Origin: Candidatus Velthaea sp.
GTDB lineage: Bacteria > Vulcanimicrobiota > Vulcanimicrobiia > Vulcanimicrobiales > Vulcanimicrobiaceae
Length of the DNA stretch: 21,552 nucleotides
Assembly: GCA_050012475.1 (NCBI GenBank)
Contig: JBEKHC010000087.1
Location: forward strand, 1 to 21,552
Reading direction: 5' to 3'
Of this stretch, positions 15,257 through 21,552 are shown piece after piece. Under the pieces are notes generated by a model, which saw only the letters and a list, made by a program, of their open reading frames with translations, was not told where the DNA came from and did not search any database. Every line of letters begins with the position of its first letter. Positions within the stretch are counted from its first letter, which is position 1. Made by a program: the position numbers and the translations under genes.

Positions 15257-16354
15257 TTACTTCAAGCTGGAGAGGTAGGCGACAAGGTTGGCAATGTCGG
15301 CGTCGGACAGCCCGTTTGCTTGTCGATTCGGCATGACGCCGAGCGGTCCGTTAAATCCGTTGACGAGGATCTTGCCGATATTCGCCGGCGTCGCCGGGTC
15401 GTCATCGACGAGCTTGGGATGCTGCGCGTCGTCGAGCAGATGTCCCAGACCCGGGCCGACGATCTTCTGATCAAAGCCGCCCACGCTATGGCAAGCCGCG
15501 CACTTCTGCGTAAAGAGCGTCTTACCGGCCACTGCGTTGCCTGACGCGAGCGACGGTCCGCCGGCGGATGCCGCGGGTTTGGCCTTCGCGTCGGCGATAT
15601 ATTTCTGGAATGCCTCGGGCGATTCGACGATGACCGTCCCCTGCATCACGCTGTGATTGACGCCGCAAAACTCGGCGCAGATGATATCGTACGTTCCGGT
15701 TTGCTCCGGCGTGAAATTCATCGTTTGAACCAGACCCGGCACCGCGTCGAGCTTGAGCCGGAATTTCGGCAGCCAGAACGAGTGCAGCACGTCGGCCGAT
15801 GTGACGAGGATGCGAACCTGTTTGCCGACCGGCAAGTGGAGCGGTTCGGGCGAGAAGGTCGACCCCTGCACGCCGGGATAGCGGAATTCCCAATTGAACT
15901 GGTGCCCGACGGTTTCGAGCGTCAGCGCTGGCGCGGTTGGCGGGAACTGCAGCTTGAACCACTGGGCAATCGACATCGCCATCAGCACGACGAGCAAAAG
16001 GGTGGGAACGATCGTCCACCACAGTTCGAGCTTGGGCGCATCGTGGATCTGAACCCCGATCGTCGATGCAGCTTCGTCTGGACGGCGCCGAAACACGAAA
16101 GCAAACCACGCTACGTATCCCGAGACGTAGACCGTGATCGCCGAGCCGAAGGCGGACATGAACTTGAAGATCCCGTCGACCGCTTCGGTCGTGTCGCCGG
16201 CCGGCACGTGTCCGGCCGGTAAGACCCAGTCCAGGTTACCGAACAAAATGTAGACGGTGACGATGATGTTCACGACCGTCATGACGATCGTGATCGGCCA
16301 GAAGCCCGGACCTAGCCCTTTGGTGGCGACGATCTGCGGTTTAGATGCACTCAA
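15257..16354 (-). CDS. coxB: cytochrome c oxidase subunit II with C-terminal cytochrome c domain (caa3-type)
   Basis: LELWWTIVP, GHQFNWEFRYP, DVLHSFW, CuA motif CAEFCGVNHSVM, heme c motif CAACH and distal GVMP. TTG start with GGAAGG upstream. Confidence 0.95.
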   Translation of the reverse strand: MSASKPQIVATKGLGPGFWPITIVMTVVNIIVTVYILFGNLDWVLPAGHVPAGDTTEAVDGIFKFMSAFGSAITVYVSGYVAWFAFVFRRRPDEAASTIGVQIHDAPKLELWWTIVPTLLLVVLMAMSIAQWFKLQFPPTAPALTLETVGHQFNWEFRYPGVQGSTFSPEPLHLPVGKQVRILVTSADVLHSFWLPKFRLKLDAVPGLVQTMNFTPEQTGTYDIICAEFCGVNHSVMQGTVIVESPEAFQKYIADAKAKPAASAGGPSLASGNAVAGKTLFTQKCAACHSVGGFDQKIVGPGLGHLLDDAQHPKLVDDDPATPANIGKILVNGFNGPLGVMPNRQANGLSDADIANLVAYLSSLK

Positions 16355-16376
16355 AGCAATTCGAACCTTCCCACAG

Positions 16377-17330
16377 TTACTTAGACGACGCCATGACGCG
16401 GGAAGCCGCGCGCGCGCCGAGAGCAGTCTCGGATGGTCGGACGGCCACGGTATCGAGCGCGGCGAAGAACGCGGCGATGACGTAAGCCAAGAATGAAACG
16501 ACGGCGTTTGCAGCGTGTGCTTCGCGCAGCAGCGTCGGCATGTGGAGCATGACGTTGCCTACGCCTAAGCCGATTTGCAGGACGACCAGGATCAGCGCCA
16601 CGATCGCAATCGCGCCCGCGCGCCGCAGCCCGCTCGTCGCGGCGACCGACGTTGCGATCGCCCCGACGATGAAGAACGCGACCGCGGCCAGGCGGTGCAG
16701 CATCTGCGCGAGCTGACCGGCATTGCTTCCGAGCAGCGTTCCGTCGCAGGCGGGGAGCGTACTGCAGGCAAGTCCGAAGTGGCTCGAACTCACATACGAC
16801 CCGATGCACATCGCGACGAAACCGAACGCGGCGGCCAACGCGAGCAGCCGCAGCGGTGCTTGCGGATGGCGGACCGCCCGCGGCGGGGCGTACGGCGTAA
16901 TCGGCGGCGCTACCAGCGCCAAGAGCGATAGGACCGTCAGCGCGGCCAGCAGCGCCATCGCCGTCGCCCAATGGACGGCGACTGACTCGGGACTGTTGGC
17001 AACTTTGATCGTCCAACCGCCGATGGCCACCTGGGTGACGAAGATTGCGACCAGGGCGATGAGCGTCTGCTGCACGCCGGCGATCGAGCGGCGCAGACGC
17101 CATCCGGTAATGAATGCGCCCAGGATGAAAAAGCCGACGCTCAGAGCGATGGCGCGATGCGACCATTCGAGCACGACGCCGCCGATGAGTTGCGGAACCA
17201 GTGCGCCGCGGCACAACGGCCAATCCGGACACGTCATCCCGGCCTCGTTGATGCGCACCCAACTGCCGAGAATCGCCAACGCAAATGCCAGCGCTGCGCT
17301 TGCAACGGCAAAGATGCGAAATGCTTGCAT
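16377..17330 (-). CDS. ctaA: heme A synthase (COX15/CtaA family)
   Basis: GMTCPDWPLC, EWSHR, AVHWA, a second Cys pair CSTLPAC, MLHRL and AHAANA, with multiple TM helices. Confidence 0.9.
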   Translation of the reverse strand: MQAFRIFAVASAALAFALAILGSWVRINEAGMTCPDWPLCRGALVPQLIGGVVLEWSHRAIALSVGFFILGAFITGWRLRRSIAGVQQTLIALVAIFVTQVAIGGWTIKVANSPESVAVHWATAMALLAALTVLSLLALVAPPITPYAPPRAVRHPQAPLRLLALAAAFGFVAMCIGSYVSSSHFGLACSTLPACDGTLLGSNAGQLAQMLHRLAAVAFFIVGAIATSVAATSGLRRAGAIAIVALILVVLQIGLGVGNVMLHMPTLLREAHAANAVVSFLAYVIAAFFAALDTVAVRPSETALGARAASRVMASSK

Positions 17331-17485
17331 GCCAGTTTGCTCAGTTGGCCGCGCCGGTCGATTTCTCAGGCGTCATTCCCTCTTCGAACGAAAAATGCGC
17401 TGACGTATCAGGGCAGACGCGCCGTTCGACTAAAAGTTCTGGGAGTCCCGTTAATCGCTGGAACAAGCGACCGCACGCGGCATGC

Positions 17486-18154
17486 TCAAAACCAGGAATC
17501 CATCGGACTGCTCTCGCGCCGGTGCGCCACGTTGATGGCGAAGTCGGCACCGTAGCGCTGCTTTGCCAAGAAGGCCGCAAGGTTTCCCATCGCCTCCAAC
17601 TCGTACGCGTGCGTCAGGTCGCCGCAGTCGATCGGATCTAAAAATAACTCTTCGATGAGCGCAGCAACGGTGCGGCGCGCGCCGTCATCGTTGCCGCAAT
17701 GATAAATGGAAAAATACTGGCCTTCGAATTTGGGCCGCTTCTTCGGCAGCACCCGCGTGAGCGTCTCGGCGCGAACGACATTGAACGCCTTGACCAAACG
17801 CGAGCCGGGAACCGCCGCCGCGATTGCCTCGGCCAGCGAGGGGGCAGACAGCGCGGACGCATTTGCCGGGACATTGTTTGCGTCGATGACGACTTTGCCC
17901 GCCAGCGCGTCGCGCAATTTCGCGGCCGTGGAAACCGCGGAGGCCGGTTCGATCGCATAAAACACGACTTCGCCGAACGCGGCGGCTTCCAGATAGTCGT
18001 TGACCGCCGCGACCTGCTTGCTGGCAATGGTCGCCGCGACGGCACGCGCTCGCTCCACGGAGCGCGAACCGATGCGAATTTGATGATTGTGCGGCGCCCA
18101 ATTCGCCGCAAGAGCAACGTTCATCGGCCCGGTACCGACGATTCCGATCTTCAT
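17486..18154 (-). CDS. NADPH-dependent F420 reductase-like / dinucleotide-binding oxidoreductase family protein
   Basis: MKIGIVGTG, IGSRS, GKVVIDANN, LVKAFN and PIDCGDL..A..LE. GGAG SD favours ATG 18154 over 18166. Confidence 0.85.
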   Translation of the reverse strand: MKIGIVGTGPMNVALAANWAPHNHQIRIGSRSVERARAVAATIASKQVAAVNDYLEAAAFGEVVFYAIEPASAVSTAAKLRDALAGKVVIDANNVPANASALSAPSLAEAIAAAVPGSRLVKAFNVVRAETLTRVLPKKRPKFEGQYFSIYHCGNDDGARRTVAALIEELFLDPIDCGDLTHAYELEAMGNLAAFLAKQRYGADFAINVAHRRESSPMDSWF

Positions 18155-18220
18155 GGTGCGCTCCATCTAACCCGTTGCATTCGGATCAACGCGATACGGT
18201 GACGCCTGGCGAAATGCGCG

Positions 18221-18387
18221 CGTCGCCGACATCTTTCGGCCCGCGCTTCGTTTTTGCGAATGCGACGACCTGGAAGCATTGCAAGCGACAGCGGACTGCA
18301 AAGCTCGATCGCGAACCCCGCTCAACGGATCAACGCATGGACGAACCGCGCGCTCCGGCGCTCAGTATCCGGAAGATGTCGGCAACG
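18221..18387. repeat. long imperfect inverted repeat enclosing a nested helix (candidate structured RNA)
   Basis: 18221-18239 CGTCGCCGACATCTTTCGG pairs with 18369-18387 CCGGAAGATGTCGGCAACG (17/19 Watson-Crick). Inner helix 18242-18258 with 18334-18350. Confidence 0.6.
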
Positions 18388-18429
18388 GCGGACCCGGCTG
18401 CACGCCGACCGAGCCGTGGCTTGCATGCG

Positions 18430-19392
18430 GTGCGCCGGCCCGTCGGTGGCAAGCTGCGAAGGTGCGTTTGGGCGCTGCTGTTGGCGTTGCTGCTGCCCGC
18501 CTCAGCCCACGCTGCGCCGCAGCACCTGCACGGCGTCGTGCTGAGTTTGACGCCGCAGACGGGTATTGTCATCGTCCGCCACGACGCGTTCGGCGGGATG
18601 CCGGCGATGACGATGCCGTTCGCCGTCCGGCCGCGAGCACGCGTGCGCGAACTGCAGCCTGGTGCGATCATCGACGCCGACGTCGACACGCGCACGGACC
18701 CCTGGACGTTGCGCAACGTGACGAGCAAAGCTGCCCAAGCCGTTACGGCGAATCCGTCGCTGCGCCGGGTCGTCCCGCTGCAGATCGGCGATGTGGTGCC
18801 CGATACCGCGTTCGTCGATCAGGCCGCCCGGCCGTTCCGCTTTTCGCAGTTGCGCGGCACGAACGTGGTGCTTGCGTTCGTCTACACGCGCTGCCAAGAC
18901 GCGCGCATGTGTCCGCTGATCTCGGCCAAATTCCACACCTTGCAATTGGCTCCCGGGCGCAACGTGCATCTCGTTGAAGTCAGCCTCGATCCGACGTACG
19001 ATCGGCCGCCGGTGCTCGCGCGCTACGCCAAGACGTTCGGGGCCGATCCGCGCCGCTGGACGCTGGCCGTCGGCGCCGCCGACGAAACCCTCGACTTTGC
19101 CGCGCGTTTCGGCGTCGCGACCTTTCCGGATCCGAGCGCGGGCATCATCCACACCGAGAACACGGTGGTGATCGCACCCGATGGGACGATCGCCGACATG
19201 ATCGCCGATCCGTCGTGGACGCCGGCCGATATTCTCGCTGCTATCGCGAACGAGCCCGGGCGCGCGCCGATGATTTTCGGCGAGGAGCCCGGTCGTTCGA
19301 GCGGTTTGCGCGCGCTCGTCGTCCTCGCGTTCGCCCTCGTCGCACTGGCGTATTTGGTACGACGCGTGTACCGGGCGCTTTCCGCATCGTAA
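18430..19392 (+). CDS. CusF-like/SCO fusion protein with signal peptide and C-terminal TM (paralog 2); start uncertain
   Basis: Signal peptide ending ASAHA, VRHDAFGGMPAMTMPF, FVYTRCQDARMCP, SLDPTYDRPPVLARY, IHTENTVV and a C-terminal TM. GTG 18430 was chosen to give a normal-length signal peptide. Confidence 0.87.
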   Translation: MRRPVGGKLRRCVWALLLALLLPASAHAAPQHLHGVVLSLTPQTGIVIVRHDAFGGMPAMTMPFAVRPRARVRELQPGAIIDADVDTRTDPWTLRNVTSKAAQAVTANPSLRRVVPLQIGDVVPDTAFVDQAARPFRFSQLRGTNVVLAFVYTRCQDARMCPLISAKFHTLQLAPGRNVHLVEVSLDPTYDRPPVLARYAKTFGADPRRWTLAVGAADETLDFAARFGVATFPDPSAGIIHTENTVVIAPDGTIADMIADPSWTPADILAAIANEPGRAPMIFGEEPGRSSGLRALVVLAFALVALAYLVRRVYRALSAS

Positions 19393-19412
19393 AGGCCCGG
19401 CGCGCGCTTACG

Positions 19413-21551
19413 CTAGTTTTGCTCTTCGGGGGCCGCCGATTCACTCGGCAACTGCGCTTGGCCGATCGATTCGATCGATTCGGTCTCGCCGCGAACCGTC
19501 GGGATACGGCTGTGGCCCGGCAGCGCCGGACGTAACGGAGCGTAGCCCGGGCCCAGGGCGCCCGGTTTCGCCGGCGCGGCCACCGCGCCCAAAACGGAGA
19601 ATGGCAGTTCGGGTTCGACGATCGGCAGCGCCGAGGTAGCAACCACCGCGACGGGGCCGGTGCTGATCGCGATCGCCGGAACGTCGTCCCAGCGCACGCA
19701 CACCGTCGTCTCGACGACTGCGGACGGGGGCAGCGGCGTGTTGACGATGACCCGCCAGCTGACCACGATTTCGACGCCGGCGCCGACGTCGGCGAAGCGC
19801 AACCCCTCTTGCCCGAAAAGCAGCGAGGTGCCGGCGCGATCCTGGAGCGCGATGTCGTTCACCGTGGTGCTGCTCTGCGCATACACCGCGTTGCTCAACG
19901 AGATGACGCGTGCAGTGACGAGCTTGGCAAGGCCGTCGCCGTCATTGGGCAGCACGAGCGTGTAAAGGACTTGGGCGCCTGCGTCGACCGTATCGGCCGG
20001 AACCGCGGTGAGCACGGCTTCAGAGAACGACGCTTCGGCGTGGGTCGCGAGTTCGATCGGATTGAGACCGAACGGGACGACGTTGTAGCCGGTGACATGC
20101 GCTGCGATGGTGAGGGGTTCGTCGCCGACGACCACGCCGACGAGGCGCAGGTGCAACACGGCTTCGCGCCGTTCGCCCGCCGGGATGTCGCCGAAAACGA
20201 TCGACTTGCCGTCGCGCGTCGCGTCGTCGACTTCCTCGAGGCGCAGTTCGGCGGGCAGTTCGAGCGCCACGCGGACGTCACGCGCAAAGTCCGTGCCTTC
20301 ATTGGCCAGCGTCAAGCGGAACAGACTGACGCGTTTGAGCCGCAGCGCTTCGTCGCTGCAAGCGACGAGGTGCGAGCTGGCGTTGGAGAACCGGGGCCGC
20401 GAGTCGACCACGTGCGCGGGGGTGCCGAGTTCGATGCGCGTGGCTTGCGCCGTGAGCAGCGTCGCGTGCAGCCGCAGCTGCGTTTGGTCTTCGATCGTTC
20501 CCGCAACTTGGCCCTCGACGCGCAGCGAGCGTGAGACGCCGGGTTCGAGCGGATCGAGTCCGATCGTGCCGTCCGGCGCGATGGCGATCTCGGCGTCGCG
20601 ATCCAGGATTCGCAGCCGTTCGATGCCTTCGTCCGCCAGGACTTGCAGGCGCGCCCCGCTCGCCACGTCCGTGCCCATATTGAGCAGCGCGATCGTGAAG
20701 CCGAGGGGATCGCCGGGGCCGACGCGGCGCGGCGTTTCGCGCTCGATTTTGTTGAACGTGGTTGGAAAGCGCGGAGCGGAACGCGCGGTGAGAATCCGCT
20801 CGAACTTCCGCTGGCCTTTCGACCAGGCAACGGTCGCGGCGAGGCGCAGTTCGTGACCGTCGGCGATCGGCGCGTGAACGATTGCCGACAGTGCCAATTC
20901 GACCGAACGTCCGGGCTCGACGTCGCCGAGGCGGATGGCATCGGGCATCGCTCCGCGGTCCGGTGTCGGCGCGCCGTCGATGGCGAGCGAGCCGGCCGTG
21001 TACAGCATGCCGTCGGGTAACGCGATGCGCAGCGAGAGTTTGCGCGCCGACGCCGTTCCGACGTTTTTGGCGGACAGGACGATGCGCACGCTTTCGCCGG
21101 GTTCGACTTGATCTTCGCACTCGACACGGAACGACGTTTCGTCGCCGGCAAACGAGGGTGCCGACGGAATCTTCACGCTCACGGGCGGAAGCGAGAATTC
21201 GGCAACTTCTTGGCTGCACACGGCGCCGGTGGCGGTGATCTGGGTGGCGTCCTCGAGCGGCGTGTCGATGCGCATGCGGTAGCCGATGTCGATCGTGGCG
21301 CCCGGCTCGAGCTGGGCTGCGACGACGGTGGGTCGGGTGAAGCCCGGCGCGGGGCCTTCCGAACCGGCTGCCGGCGGCCGGCCGTTGATGCTCACGCTGT
21401 TGGGCACGAGCGTGGTGTTCGCGGGCAACGGCAGCAGAACGACGAGATCGTGCGCGCTGCTTTGCCCCGAATTGTGAATCCGCGCGTTGAATTGGAGTTC
21501 TTCGCCCGGGAGGGCTTCGCGAATCGCGGTGAGCACCAGCGTCGTCTCGGG
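19413..21551 (-). CDS. large protein with tandem DUF11-like (Ig-like 'conserved repeat') domains, 5' truncated by window edge
   Basis: The frame stays open to the edge. About five ~125-aa units begin PGEELQFNARIHNSG, PGESVRIVLSAKNVG, PGDPLGFTIALLNMG, FRLTLANEG and AGAQVLYTLVLPNDG, several with LP...(Y/L)..(G/N)S..I(N/D)G and G.l.PG motifs. Confidence 0.8.
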   Translation of the reverse strand, partial: PETTLVLTAIREALPGEELQFNARIHNSGQSSAHDLVVLLPLPANTTLVPNSVSINGRPPAAGSEGPAPGFTRPTVVAAQLEPGATIDIGYRMRIDTPLEDATQITATGAVCSQEVAEFSLPPVSVKIPSAPSFAGDETSFRVECEDQVEPGESVRIVLSAKNVGTASARKLSLRIALPDGMLYTAGSLAIDGAPTPDRGAMPDAIRLGDVEPGRSVELALSAIVHAPIADGHELRLAATVAWSKGQRKFERILTARSAPRFPTTFNKIERETPRRVGPGDPLGFTIALLNMGTDVASGARLQVLADEGIERLRILDRDAEIAIAPDGTIGLDPLEPGVSRSLRVEGQVAGTIEDQTQLRLHATLLTAQATRIELGTPAHVVDSRPRFSNASSHLVACSDEALRLKRVSLFRLTLANEGTDFARDVRVALELPAELRLEEVDDATRDGKSIVFGDIPAGERREAVLHLRLVGVVVGDEPLTIAAHVTGYNVVPFGLNPIELATHAEASFSEAVLTAVPADTVDAGAQVLYTLVLPNDGDGLAKLVTARVISLSNAVYAQSSTTVNDIALQDRAGTSLLFGQEGLRFADVGAGVEIVVSWRVIVNTPLPPSAVVETTVCVRWDDVPAIAISTGPVAVVATSALPIVEPELPFSVLGAVAAPAKPGALGPGYAPLRPALPGHSRIPTVRGETESIESIGQAQLPSESAAPEEQN

Positions 21552-21552
21552 G

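Noticed and set aside
17398..17413. CTGACGTATCAG as an FNR/CRP box upstream of the oxidase operon
   Set aside because: Half-site spacing is too short for TTGAT-N4-ATCAA or TGTGA-N6-TCACA.
18175..18429. 85-aa N-terminal extension of SCO paralog 2
   Set aside because: It would bury the signal peptide and has no counterpart in paralog 1. The region looks like structured non-coding DNA.

Overview
High-GC bacterial chromosomal segment with mostly housekeeping and metabolic genes. I found no rRNA, tRNA, CRISPR array or transposase. Left to right: the tail of a PDZ-domain gene; a small hypothetical; an M20 peptidase followed in the same frame by a hydantoinase/oxoprolinase-family gene whose conserved N-terminus has no canonical start codon; a small membrane ORF; an isolated TrbG/VirB9 gene with a downstream TM plus Pro/Ala-rich ORF; a TylM1/DesVI-like methyltransferase divergent from an operon of FAD oxidoreductase, HExxH protein, BadF-type sugar kinase and nanE. 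Next is an A2-type caa3 cytochrome c oxidase operon (ctaA-coxB-coxA-coxC plus two tiny membrane ORFs), bracketed by two paralogous CusF-like/SCO fusion genes and an F420-oxidoreductase-family gene. The window ends in the 3' part of a large DUF11-like repeat protein. The best leads are the in-frame peptidase/hydantoinase junction, the orphan VirB9 module, the oxidase locus (candidate extra subunits, altered Mg-site motif, dual Cu chaperones), the atypical nanE locus and a structured ~170-nt intergenic element at 18221-18387. All calls come from reading motifs by eye, with no database searches.
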